Shown piece by piece: positions 9,011 through 18,286 of a DNA stretch of 64,000 bases. The DNA comes from a virus (lineage: Duplodnaviria; Caudoviricetes). The stretch's first letter is position 1, and each line of letters opens with the position of its first letter. The DNA is taken from positions 32,001-96,000 of IMG/VR virus record IMGVR_UViG_3300037067_007264, one strand, 5' to 3'. Both the position numbers and the translations under genes were made by a program. The notes beneath the pieces are model-generated. The model had not been told where the DNA came from and made no database searches. It saw only the letters and a list, made by a program, of their open reading frames with translations.

Positions 9011-9666
9011 TGTTCACTCCCAGTAGGCTCTGGATCTACACCTTTGGACTTGTCCTTATCCAAGATTTCTTTGACCAGATCAAGATAGGGATCAAATTGC
9101 CAATATAGGTCGAACCTACAAATATCCAGGCATAGTACGTCTTGGAAGAGCCCTTCTTTGTCCATCCCATTCCAAACATCCGCTCTCCGATCCCAAGACT
9201 TCTCTGATATGTACTTAGGCTTGTCCGTCTGATTCTGATAATGAAAGTCGGTGAGTCTTCGATCTTTTTTCAGAAAGTCTAATACCTTACCCATCGTCCA
9301 ATCGCAGTAGGGTATGACATAGATTCTCCCCTTGTATTGGCGAAATCCTACAGAAACATCAAAGTTGTAAGGGCTTCTATGAGAGCTGGTTGAATTGACT
9401 CGGTAGCAACGTTTGATGATCTGAGTTGCTACATGAGCTCGAGCTAAATCCCGCGTTGCCTCTTCTGAGCGTTCATAGTGGGAGCAACTCTCAAGAGCTC
9501 TCTTGAATAGATCAGTACCTTCTCGAACAGCCGACAGATGGGTACTGCTAAACTTCTTGAGGGTTTCCTTGACATTCTCAGTACCCTGCATTCGAACGTC
9601 GTGTACAATACCCCACAGGTCAACACCTTTACGTACTTTGTAGGCAGTGTAGATTTTACAACTCAA
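9007..9666 (-). CDS. Hypothetical protein
   Basis: 219-aa ORF coupled to tdk; Y-Q-N-Q-T-D-K-P...W-x-x-R-x-x-x-W. Confidence 0.8.
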   Translation of the reverse strand: MSCKIYTAYKVRKGVDLWGIVHDVRMQGTENVKETLKKFSSTHLSAVREGTDLFKRALESCSHYERSEEATRDLARAHVATQIIKRCYRVNSTSSHRSPYNFDVSVGFRQYKGRIYVIPYCDWTMGKVLDFLKKDRRLTDFHYQNQTDKPKYISEKSWDRRADVWNGMDKEGLFQDVLCLDICRFDLYWQFDPYLDLVKEILDKDKSKGVDPEPTGSEQ

Positions 9667-9691
9667 GGGGGACCAGACCTTTCGATGATGA

Positions 9692-9979
9692 TTAGGGTAT
9701 TGAGTAGTTCACCAACTTAAATACTCCACCCCGAGCAGAGGGGGACCAACCGGAGCTCAGGGCTTGACGTACGAGCTTGCGGACGGTCTCCGGTGTCACC
9801 TCATGCCCATGAGGTAGAGCCACGTGCAGGACTCGTCCTGGGGCATCTGTGGCCTCCTGCACGGTAAGAAAGATCTCTCGGTCGGAAGGGTTCGGTGTGA
9901 TTGGCCCATTTTTGATCATGAACCGGAACCGAACCCTATCGACCTCGAGACTTCTGCTTTTCTTTACTGGGATACCCAT
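9692..9979 (-). CDS. Hypothetical protein
   Basis: ORF with upstream GGTGTA. Confidence 0.75.
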   Translation of the reverse strand: MGIPVKKSRSLEVDRVRFRFMIKNGPITPNPSDREIFLTVQEATDAPGRVLHVALPHGHEVTPETVRKLVRQALSSGWSPSARGGVFKLVNYSIP

Positions 9980-10003
9980 AGAGGTACCCTACACCTTTTA
10001 GGG

Positions 10004-10990
10004 CTAACTGGCCTTCTTAATTGATTCAGCCGGATCCCGTCCAGAAGCAATTAGGGTTTCAACCTTTCGATATCGCTCGGCATCTACTGGTACAACCTGA
10101 CCATCTTGCAACTGGTAGTAGTTGGTCAGCTCTCCGTCCTCTTCCCCATCCATCATAAGGTAGGCGCAGTAAACATCACCTTCTCTGTAAGTCATCCCTT
10201 TGACGAAGAGCTCATACCTGCCCTTTACATAGTTCTGTTTATCCTCACGATTGGATCGAATCAACTTCTCGTTGTTCTTTTGAACAATCATGTCGGAGTT
10301 ATACCGAGTCACCGCATGCCCATTGACTTTGAAGTCACCCTTGTAGTGAGTCTTCTGACGAACTACAGTGAATGATTGAACTAGCACTCCACGCAAGTTT
10401 CCACTGGTGACTACTTGTGGGGGTTGCCGTAACTCAGAGACCCCAGCAACCTTACCCTTCTCGATCAGTTGACTGATGAGTGACTCAGCGGTTTCACAGA
10501 GTTCAATGAGTAGATTGGTTTGGGAAGCTCTTAGTTCCTTCTCTCTATTGAGGCTCTCTTCGATGTCCTTAAGATCCAACTCGGGCTCTTCCTTTTTGAG
10601 TTCCTTTTCTGGAGGTTGGACCAAAGCCATAATAGGTTTTACCCTGATTGAGTTAGCCCTCTTTTTCATGTAGGCTCTAGCTTCAATGGGGTCAATTGGG
10701 ATGGTGTCAATCAATAGGTCCTCGGACTGATCGACAGAAGATTCAGTGAGAGGTCCTTGAGCACTCAAGGCTAGATTCATCCAATGAGCCCAGCGAACGT
10801 AGTTGTTCCTTACTCGACTGCCCGCGGCTCGACTCGTATGGTTCTTGGCTACTGACTCACCCTGTTGAGTCATATGGTCTATGAAGCTTTTACAGAGCTC
10901 AGGAGTAACTCTCTGAGCGAAAAAGCTACCAGCAACTTGAGCAGCTTCACTATCCAAAGATGGATCTTTGGATGACGGATCTTTAGTCAT
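10004..10990 (-). CDS. Hypothetical protein
   Basis: 328-aa ORF, SD GAAGGAG. Confidence 0.85.
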   Translation of the reverse strand: MTKDPSSKDPSLDSEAAQVAGSFFAQRVTPELCKSFIDHMTQQGESVAKNHTSRAAGSRVRNNYVRWAHWMNLALSAQGPLTESSVDQSEDLLIDTIPIDPIEARAYMKKRANSIRVKPIMALVQPPEKELKKEEPELDLKDIEESLNREKELRASQTNLLIELCETAESLISQLIEKGKVAGVSELRQPPQVVTSGNLRGVLVQSFTVVRQKTHYKGDFKVNGHAVTRYNSDMIVQKNNEKLIRSNREDKQNYVKGRYELFVKGMTYREGDVYCAYLMMDGEEDGELTNYYQLQDGQVVPVDAERYRKVETLIASGRDPAESIKKAS

Positions 10991-11188
10991 AACTTACTCC
11001 TTCAATGCGTTGCAATGGCGAACTTCCGAGCGTCGGAAGCTTGAGTCAAGCTATGGCTACAGCGGTAGGCAGTAACTTGATTCAATGTCTTTATACCCCA
11101 AGGAGAAGGGTTGGACTACCACAAAGACACTAGGTTATTCATTAAGTTAAATGCACCATAATTAGATGCATCAATCCAAATTCTGAGA

Positions 11189-11563
11189 TTAGGCATCCAT
11201 CTCATGCACAGTCTCAGATAGGGACTTACTATTCAAAAACTCACATATGTTGTGTGTGCCGATTCCATTAGTGGAATTGAGTCGAATCTGATCTAACAAC
11301 TCAACTCCTTCCTCATCAAGTGATTCAAGACTACTTTTCACATTGTGGAGGGCTATCACCCACTTACCACCTATGTCTGAATCTCCTTTTTGACAGAACC
11401 TCTTACAAGCGATGAACCCCATAACAGGGTACCCAGGAAGCAATGGGTTGGTAGGGTTATCCGACCTCTCAAAGTGATCCCAAGCGAGAATCCTATCACC
11501 TGTATCCTGGACGTGTACTTGGAGGTCCCTGATCATAGCCACTAGATCAATCCATTCAGCCAT
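11189..11563 (-). CDS. Hypothetical protein
   Basis: Start moved to MAEWID using the GGTGTA motif. Confidence 0.7.
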   Translation of the reverse strand: MAEWIDLVAMIRDLQVHVQDTGDRILAWDHFERSDNPTNPLLPGYPVMGFIACKRFCQKGDSDIGGKWVIALHNVKSSLESLDEEGVELLDQIRLNSTNGIGTHNICEFLNSKSLSETVHEMDA

Positions 11564-11682
11564 ACCGTAGGCTACACCAGTCACCCCTAACCACACGTAG
11601 GCCTTGATAAATTCCTGATGGGTTCTATAGGGTAGGAGACGGCTTTCTAACCATCCCTCGGATAGGGTTTCGCCGACACACT

Positions 11683-12048
11683 ATGCCGGAAAATGATAGA
11701 AAAACAGACCCATCTGAGTTGGAGGCACCCAACTCAGGAGCCTTCAACGATTCAGAACTAAGCTCACTCGCGGGGAACACACTTCTACGAACGATATTAG
11801 CCGAACTTAAAGGAATCCGAGCAGACCTCTCAGCGTTAGGGGACATGCGAGCATTGGTCACAAGGGTATTGGACGGTCAGGTTCAGGTAATCACTGCGAT
11901 AAGTCAACAGAGTTCTAGGATAGTTCGACTGGAGCGTAGGTTTCTTGGCCTTCGCTGCATCGAGTCCGGTCAACAAGACTGTGATGATTGTGAAGATGAC
12001 GGACTCCCTCCTATGGGAGTGTCAGATTTAGCTAAGAAATCGTCTTAG
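11683..12048 (+). CDS. Hypothetical coiled-coil protein
   Basis: Heptad-like pattern in ORF. Confidence 0.65.
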   Translation: MPENDRKTDPSELEAPNSGAFNDSELSSLAGNTLLRTILAELKGIRADLSALGDMRALVTRVLDGQVQVITAISQQSSRIVRLERRFLGLRCIESGQQDCDDCEDDGLPPMGVSDLAKKSS

Positions 12049-12113
12049 AGCAGACCCTGGAGCCTAAATAAACTTGATTTGGAGGGGACCTTCCTGTCTA
12101 ATCGGACAGCTCC

Positions 12114-12644
12114 ATGCCATACGGTGATCTCAATCAAGACCAAGAATTACTAGTCAAGAGATTTGTCCAAGGTCAAGTGGTCCATGACCTTGGAGCTGGT
12201 GACCTCTATCTGTCCTGTGAGCTCCTACGACTGGGAGCCTCGAAGGTCATCGCTATCGATAAGAATCCAATCCAATTCAAAGATATACCAGCAGAGATTG
12301 AGTACCGTCTGACAACCTTCCAAAGTGTCCTGGATGATCCAATCCAGGTGGCTTTTCTCAGCTGGCCCCCCAACTTCGATACAGGGCTTGGTTCGATTCT
12401 AAGAAGATCCAAAGTAATCCTTTACTTGGGAAAGAACACGGATGGAACCGCGTGTGGAACTCCAGGGATGTTCCAGTATCTCCTAAGAAGGAAAGCAGAG
12501 TATCTTCCAGATCGTCACAACACTCTCATCTGCTACACGGACTTCATGAAGGTAGAGAGAGAGCCACTTCCAGAAGAAGAGGCTTGCTTGATGTCATACA
12601 CAGACCTAAGGTACCGTCTTTATGACCAAGTTGAACTAGCCTAG
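12114..12644 (+). CDS. Putative class I SAM-dependent methyltransferase
   Basis: VHDLGAGD motif I, GA-x-x-VIAID, FLSWP. Confidence 0.7.
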   Translation: MPYGDLNQDQELLVKRFVQGQVVHDLGAGDLYLSCELLRLGASKVIAIDKNPIQFKDIPAEIEYRLTTFQSVLDDPIQVAFLSWPPNFDTGLGSILRRSKVILYLGKNTDGTACGTPGMFQYLLRRKAEYLPDRHNTLICYTDFMKVEREPLPEEEACLMSYTDLRYRLYDQVELA

Positions 12645-12862
12645 AGCACTGGTTCTCGTTCGAACCGAGTCGGTGGTTTGATAACCATATCGGCATTAGA
12701 TATTTTACCTGAAGCCCCCGGATAATCCATCAAGGCATAGAGGTAAGCACCCAATTGCTTCCACTCATTCTTGTTGTAAGTTTCAGTACCTACGGCCTTT
12801 GTCCACAGGATGTGGAATAGTTGGTGAACGTTTCTTTGATTGGTGTCCATGTAGGTTCTCAT
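12641..12862 (-). CDS. Hypothetical protein, C-terminal tag PTRFEREPVL
   Basis: ORF and shared motif. Confidence 0.8.
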   Translation of the reverse strand: MRTYMDTNQRNVHQLFHILWTKAVGTETYNKNEWKQLGAYLYALMDYPGASGKISNADMVIKPPTRFEREPVL

Positions 12863-12945
12863 ACTACTGTTGACTACAGTAGTCAAGTAGTCTGTGTCTC
12901 TTTCAGAGATCCCAACGGACTAATGCTAAGCAAATTAATGACCCC

Positions 12946-13422
12946 TCAGGTCTCCTTTGGGGAATGGTCCCCATTCAGCACCCTATCGAATCGAGTGTTG
13001 GGCACTTCGTTTGGGTCGTTGGGGGCAGACTGAAACACGTAGGAGCTTTGAAGATCGGTCTGGGTCACTTCCCAATCGGCAAGCACCCAGACCTCTTCAT
13101 GGATGATTGCCACGAAGAAGATTTGATGGTTCCTCGCTGAGATATAGGCGGTCCCAGTCTTGTAGCTCTCAATGGGAAGATTAACTTCTAACTTGGATTT
13201 GAACCAGAGCAAGGTTTCCTTTGGAGGCCCAAAGAAGCTTGCATCATAGTCCCACTCATTGGCTGGTGGTTCTCCCCGAGCCCACACTTCAACATTTGGG
13301 TACTGCTTTGCTTGATCCTCAGCGTTGAACCCTCGCACCCTAAGCAACGCAAGAGTGTTCCTTCGTACCCACCACTGACCTGATTCCAGCACTGGGGAGA
13401 CATTATCTTGGGTCAAGGGCAT
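12946..13422 (-). CDS. Hypothetical protein (paralog of 13413..13874), tag TRFDRVL
   Basis: Similar GQWW/GQYW...LxRV and DWxxT/S segments. Confidence 0.85.
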   Translation of the reverse strand: MPLTQDNVSPVLESGQWWVRRNTLALLRVRGFNAEDQAKQYPNVEVWARGEPPANEWDYDASFFGPPKETLLWFKSKLEVNLPIESYKTGTAYISARNHQIFFVAIIHEEVWVLADWEVTQTDLQSSYVFQSAPNDPNEVPNTRFDRVLNGDHSPKET

Positions 13423-13874
13423 GGATCACCGTCTAGTACTCTCTCGAACCTAGTTGTAGGCTCGAGGTTTGGATCTATGGGGCCTCGTTGGTACAACTTA
13501 AACTGAGCAAGAACAGCTGGATCTTTTGAGATTACCCAATCGGAATACAAGGTCACAGTAGGACCTCCAACGACCACGAAAGAAAGCTCTCCTCCCTTGA
13601 ATGCGACGATATCCCCGGTTCGCAGAGTACCCCCAATATTAAGAGCATCAGGATCAATGACCATGGAGTAGTCTAATCGGTGACAGCCTCTAAAAGTCTC
13701 ATACCCGAGAAAGTGCCATGATTCACCTGGTTTCCCACCTACAACCCAAGTTTCAAATGTTAGCTGCCACTGGTTAACATCCACAGAGCTAACTCGAAAT
13801 AGGTACAGAGGAAAGGTACTCGCCCAATACTGCCCAACTTCTGCAGTTGGGGTAACATCCTTTACATTGAGCAT
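13413..13874 (-). CDS. Hypothetical protein (paralog of 12946..13422), tag TRFERVL
   Basis: As above. Confidence 0.85.
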   Translation of the reverse strand: MLNVKDVTPTAEVGQYWASTFPLYLFRVSSVDVNQWQLTFETWVVGGKPGESWHFLGYETFRGCHRLDYSMVIDPDALNIGGTLRTGDIVAFKGGELSFVVVGGPTVTLYSDWVISKDPAVLAQFKLYQRGPIDPNLEPTTRFERVLDGDPCP

Positions 13875-14251
13875 CAGTTCTCACCATCCAGGGTCTGCTT
13901 CAAGAGAGTCTGGTAGTTGGTCTCAATCAACTCGTCAGGGGCTTCTCGCAGAAGCTTCCACAGATTCCAGATATCTTCGCCGAGATCAGAAACTACATTC
14001 TCCTCAAGATCAAGGAAGCTATACTTGTCTAGGATCTCACCCTCTCTGTTCTTTCCGTGAACCCCAAGGAGTACCCCATCATCAACAAACAGGACGTAGA
14101 CTCCGAGGGGCCACTCAGGGGTCATCCCTGAGTTGTCTTTGACGGTCTCGAGTACGATAGTGGGTAATGCTACCAGCCTCTCTAAGTCGTTGAGAACAGC
14201 GCAGGCATGGAAGCCGAGTAGTCCGTCCGAGATTACCTCACCTGGCTTCAT
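13874..14251 (-). CDS. Hypothetical protein
   Basis: Start moved to MKPGE using GGTGTA. Confidence 0.75.
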   Translation of the reverse strand: MKPGEVISDGLLGFHACAVLNDLERLVALPTIVLETVKDNSGMTPEWPLGVYVLFVDDGVLLGVHGKNREGEILDKYSFLDLEENVVSDLGEDIWNLWKLLREAPDELIETNYQTLLKQTLDGEN

Positions 14252-14375
14252 ACGTCCTTGGTACACCAAAAAAAGTTCTTGACTGGTTTAGCCCAATGAA
14301 TTAGGGTACCGGCACCGTGAAGTGGATGACTTCCGGTTGGTTACTAAACCTTCCGAGAATCGAGTCATTCGAAAA

Positions 14376-14696
14376 ATGCAAAACATAACAATCGGCAGAT
14401 ACGATAACGATCCTGAAGCTCAGGGCTGCATCAAGCCCGAAGATGGTCGATGGCAATTAGTCATTGACAAGGATGGGTACCCGCACCTCTACGTTGAATC
14501 AACCCTCGAAGAGGATGACGGTACCAAGGTCAAAGGTATGTTCTTGGTTGAAGACATGCTCCCTGAGGGAATGACCGTAAGAGATCTCATGGATGGTGGG
14601 TGCTTTGGTGGGAAGCTCAGTCCTGAAGAGGAAGCTGAAGCCCAGCTCGAGTATGAAAAGAGTCGAGCTGTTAGTGGGATCCCCTGTCCGCGGTGA
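14376..14696 (+). CDS. Hypothetical protein
   Basis: ORF; probable start MQNIT. Confidence 0.7.
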   Translation: MQNITIGRYDNDPEAQGCIKPEDGRWQLVIDKDGYPHLYVESTLEEDDGTKVKGMFLVEDMLPEGMTVRDLMDGGCFGGKLSPEEEAEAQLEYEKSRAVSGIPCPR

Positions 14697-14706
14697 GACC
14701 CTAGGT

Positions 14707-15171
14707 TTAGAGTGCCGGAGGGGCACTCTTTGCCACTATGTCAAGAATCTTGTGGGCTTCGTTCTGATCAGAAACCCTGTCCTCAGCAGTGAGCTCTGGG
14801 TAGGGTGTATTCATCTGGCGTAGCCACCGCTCCACAACCTCTTTTGGCAGTGTTAGGGATCCATCTGGGTTCTTGGCACCTTTCCCAAATAAATGTCGCA
14901 TCCAGCGAGACCAGCAGTTATGAGCGTACTCAGCTAGATCTTCACGAACTACAAACAAGCTTCTTAGCTCGGCAATCTTGTTGTCGGCTGCTTGTTCGGT
15001 TTCATAGCACTTGCTGGCGGGAACAAAGTCCCTAAAGCACCCCATCTTGACAGAGTACCCACTCTGATCTGGTATGAAGTAGGATTCGAACTGCTTCTTG
15101 ACGAGATCACCTTCAACCTCGACAACGAACCATCTCTTTTCCCAAACAATGGACGACTTCTCAGGGATCAT
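14707..15171 (-). CDS. Hypothetical protein
   Basis: Start at MIPEK; E-x-LA...H-x-x-W...W-x-RQ-x-x-TPY-x-EL. Confidence 0.8.
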   Translation of the reverse strand: MIPEKSSIVWEKRWFVVEVEGDLVKKQFESYFIPDQSGYSVKMGCFRDFVPASKCYETEQAADNKIAELRSLFVVREDLAEYAHNCWSRWMRHLFGKGAKNPDGSLTLPKEVVERWLRQMNTPYPELTAEDRVSDQNEAHKILDIVAKSAPPAL

Positions 15172-15189
15172 GGTGTACCCTGTTACACC
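15172..15189. promoter_or_regulatory. Head-to-head double GGTGTA motif filling the whole 18-nt divergent spacer
   Basis: GGTGTA-CCCTGT-TACACC between CAT(15169-71) and ATG(15190). Confidence 0.75.
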
Positions 15190-15747
15190 ATGTCTTTCGA
15201 AAGAATTCAAGAACTTCGTGGTCAAAGAGACCTAAGTACTGAAGAAGAACAAGAACTCGAGCAACTTGTTGCTGAACGGATTTGGGAGTCTGTTAGGAAG
15301 ACTGTCAGGCCAACGTGTTGTGAGGCGGCACAAAAGTATCCTGTCATCACCTTCGATATAGACACTGGGTTTCTCACTAACCCAAAGGATTATGATTCAG
15401 ACAAGGTTGATGGGGATTGGAGGGTGCACTCCTCAAGTGAGCTCCTCAAGTGGTTCATGGATGGGACTCAGAGGTACTATATCAATCGACCCCCAGCGAG
15501 ATTCTGTCCCTACTGCGGAGAACCCCTACCAAAGATGGTTCGAAAGAAGGAACCCCCACCACCGCCTGTTCGTAGGATAATCGGAGATAGTGGTTACTGT
15601 GAGACCTGTAAAGAGAGGCTTCAAGCTTGTATCTGTGATCCTCCCGAAGTGGCGTTTGAACCTCTTATTGAAGAACCATTAAAAACTATCCAAACTGGCC
15701 GTCCACCTTTTGAGGTGCCAGATGAATTTACATCCCAAGGCTCTTAA
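15190..15747 (+). CDS. Hypothetical Cys-rich (Zn ribbon) protein
   Basis: CC, FCPYCG, CxxC-x5-CxC. Confidence 0.8.
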   Translation: MSFERIQELRGQRDLSTEEEQELEQLVAERIWESVRKTVRPTCCEAAQKYPVITFDIDTGFLTNPKDYDSDKVDGDWRVHSSSELLKWFMDGTQRYYINRPPARFCPYCGEPLPKMVRKKEPPPPPVRRIIGDSGYCETCKERLQACICDPPEVAFEPLIEEPLKTIQTGRPPFEVPDEFTSQGS

Positions 15748-16123
15748 GGACTCACCACTTCACGCATCTACTCATCCTGAACAACCAAATCCTACTACTT
15801 TGGATGAAGCTGTTAAAGCTATTGATGGTATGTTGAATGAAGAGACTCGGTTGTTCCTCAGTGTGGCTAATGAAAAGACAGCGGTCACTGAACTCCACCA
15901 CACCCTAGGTAGGTACCTGCGCAACAAGTGGGGTTTGTGGCAAGGATCACCACTTGCCAAGCATATGGAACAGGTTCACGGCGCTTCTCATGTTGACGAC
16001 ATGTCCAGCATGATCATCTCTGCCTATTGCCGACGTGGGATTCAAACTAGATTTCAGCGGGTACTATCAGAGGATTCGATAGTGGAGTGTAATCTGGAAG
16101 AAGCACCCTCAAGCCCAGGCTGA
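15722..16123 (+). CDS. DUF6794-like protein with TRFQRVL tag
   Basis: H-H-x-LG-x-x-LRN-x-WGLW...H-x-DDMS pattern. Confidence 0.7.
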   Translation: MNLHPKALKDSPLHASTHPEQPNPTTLDEAVKAIDGMLNEETRLFLSVANEKTAVTELHHTLGRYLRNKWGLWQGSPLAKHMEQVHGASHVDDMSSMIISAYCRRGIQTRFQRVLSEDSIVECNLEEAPSSPG

Positions 16124-16481
16124 GTCCTGCAGGTCCAAAACAAAAGTGCCATGCCGAGGGGTGATAGATCAAAGTTACCGTCCAAGGGATTATCATTCGA
16201 GACTGGTACCAAGTATAGACTTCGTATACCCAGGTCTGAATTCGATCATCACCTTCGGGAGCGGCCTGACGAAGAAACACAGTGGCGTCAAACATATCGG
16301 TTAGATCAAATGGAAGCCAGGCATTGTTTCTGAATGATCTCTCGTCCCTCAGTAGTACGCCGCACCTGGCCATTCCTTCACGTGATTCCATCTCCCATTC
16401 CTGTGGAATTGAAAAACGAACTGCCAAGGTATCTCGGAATTCAGCAGGATCTAAAGTGTTATCATCGATTCTCAGGAGCAT
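16047..16481 (-). CDS. Hypothetical protein
   Basis: ORF with upstream GGTGTA. Confidence 0.7.
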   Translation of the reverse strand: MLLRIDDNTLDPAEFRDTLAVRFSIPQEWEMESREGMARCGVLLRDERSFRNNAWLPFDLTDMFDATVFLRQAAPEGDDRIQTWVYEVYTWYQSRMIIPWTVTLIYHPSAWHFCFGPAGLSLGLRVLLPDYTPLSNPLIVPAEI

Positions 16482-16815
16482 TCTCTATGTTACACCGGAG
16501 AATACCTTGAGAGGGGTCATGTCCAATCTCGTCACAGAACATTCTAACGGCGGCTGCCCGAGCCTTTGAACCTTCTTCATACCCTTTCAGGTAAGACAGC
16601 TCCTCTGGGTGCCGGTGAGCGTGGGCCCCTGCCCCGTCTCTAAACCCACGCAGAAATAGGATCAACTTCTCTTGGTTGTCCCGAGTGCCGTAGGGGCCCT
16701 TAGTGGGTACTGGAGCAAAGACACTTTTGGTTGTTGAAGTCTTCACTTTTCTTTTTGGTCGAGGAGCTGGTACCTTCTCTGTAGTTCCAATCAGTAAACC
16801 CATCTTCTTTTCCAT
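16462..16815 (-). CDS. Hypothetical protein
   Basis: ORF in - strand operon. Confidence 0.7.
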   Translation of the reverse strand: MEKKMGLLIGTTEKVPAPRPKRKVKTSTTKSVFAPVPTKGPYGTRDNQEKLILFLRGFRDGAGAHAHRHPEELSYLKGYEEGSKARAAAVRMFCDEIGHDPSQGILRCNIENAPENR

Positions 16816-16818
16816 GAC

Positions 16819-17454
16819 CTACTCCCAGTATTCTTTCCAGGAATCTCCAAATGAATCCTTCAGGCGTTCAAGATAAGCATTTGTTTTGATCTTGGCCATG
16901 TGAATCTTGCCGTCGACTACGCCCTTTACCACTACGCCTTCCCTCACCCCATACTTCCCCTCACGAACATCAATGAATAACTGACCTGAGTACTTCCCCT
17001 TGAAGACAACTCTAGCGATATTGAAGCCCTGGAAGGCCCTAATGAACTCTTCTGGTGGGAGTAGGCTGCCATCAATCTGAACATCTAAGATGACCAGATC
17101 CATCTTGTCCCCCGGTTGGTGCATCCCGGCGAACGAGTTAGGGCCGAAGTACTCGGTGAACACCACAATCTCTTTGGCGGATCTGTAGGCACTCCTCAAA
17201 TAAGACTCCAACTTACCATCAGAGTCCCACAAGTTAGCCACTCCTGCTAACTCTGGGTGGGCCTTCTCAAACTTCTGATCTCCTCCATTGTTGAAGGGAA
17301 ATCGATCACGACGGGTACCATAGTCAACCCAACCCCACTCTGGCTGTGCAACCCAATGGAGGTTGGTCCCATCATACTTCTCAAAGGCTATGCACTTCTT
17401 GAGCGGGCAGTTGAGTGTACCTGGAATCTTCTGATAGGCTAAGGGCACCCTCAT
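16819..17454 (-). CDS. RNA ligase family (Rnl2-like nucleotidyltransferase domain)
   Basis: Motif I EKYDGTN, EYFG, D, EGVV, KIK. Confidence 0.85.
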   Translation of the reverse strand: MRVPLAYQKIPGTLNCPLKKCIAFEKYDGTNLHWVAQPEWGWVDYGTRRDRFPFNNGGDQKFEKAHPELAGVANLWDSDGKLESYLRSAYRSAKEIVVFTEYFGPNSFAGMHQPGDKMDLVILDVQIDGSLLPPEEFIRAFQGFNIARVVFKGKYSGQLFIDVREGKYGVREGVVVKGVVDGKIHMAKIKTNAYLERLKDSFGDSWKEYWE

Positions 17455-17753
17455 GTCGGGTTCTCGTAAGACACCAGCTTACCGTAGACGTTGCGAGTCC
17501 AACCATTGATGTGGCCGTTCGCATTTCCGATTTGAGCACCTTGGTTGGAGAGAGCTTTTACGTAGTGCAGGTAGTGGGCGCCACGGACCTTGGCCAGTAC
17601 GATGTCACCCACCTTACACTCCTCAAGTGTGCAGGGACTAATCGTAACCAGGACGCGGCTCTTGAGCTTGGGTAACATCGAGTTCCCGAACTCCCGATAG
17701 ATGACCGTTTCACCCTGTTGGAGCCTCCCAACCAATTCAGTATAACGACTCAT
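17451..17753 (-). CDS. S24/S26-like peptidase domain protein
   Basis: GNSMLP, GDIV, H-x-VK. Confidence 0.7.
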   Translation of the reverse strand: MSRYTELVGRLQQGETVIYREFGNSMLPKLKSRVLVTISPCTLEECKVGDIVLAKVRGAHYLHYVKALSNQGAQIGNANGHINGWTRNVYGKLVSYENPT

Positions 17754-18286
17754 CAGTTCCTAAATACGCAGGTGTTACCCGCCCCATCTTTTACTCGTCT
17801 TGCCCACGGAACCTCAAGCATCTCGGGAGAGACCCAAAGGAATGCGCAGAGGTTCATACCCTCGGGAACGGAGATGTTCTCAAGATACAGTTGCCATCGA
17901 GTGTCATCTTTCTCAACTTTGGTTCGTTTGAGTAAATCTGGATGACACCACCAAGCCCAATCTGAGGTTAAACTTGAAGTAATACACTTGGTGATATACT
18001 CACCAAACTCAACTTGAGCTTGTTTAGCATCGGTCTCCGTTTGATAGGTTCCAAGCCGTAGAGTTCTACCCCCGAACTCCAATACCTTCTTTCGAGGGAA
18101 GTGGATTCTCATGATCGTCCGTGGCTCAATCACGTCAGCACTCGGAGCCACACAGGGAGGTGTGGTGGCGGTTGGTATAGCTTTGACAACCGTATGAGTA
18201 CGTCCGTGAAGGTTACGTTGAGAGACAATCAGAACCACTAACGCTAGGACTGCTATCACCAAGAACACCCTATTGGAGGATCTCAT
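17753..18286 (-). CDS. Hypothetical protein with N-terminal signal/TM helix
   Basis: Hydrophobic N-terminus. Confidence 0.75.
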   Translation of the reverse strand: MRSSNRVFLVIAVLALVVLIVSQRNLHGRTHTVVKAIPTATTPPCVAPSADVIEPRTIMRIHFPRKKVLEFGGRTLRLGTYQTETDAKQAQVEFGEYITKCITSSLTSDWAWWCHPDLLKRTKVEKDDTRWQLYLENISVPEGMNLCAFLWVSPEMLEVPWARRVKDGAGNTCVFRN

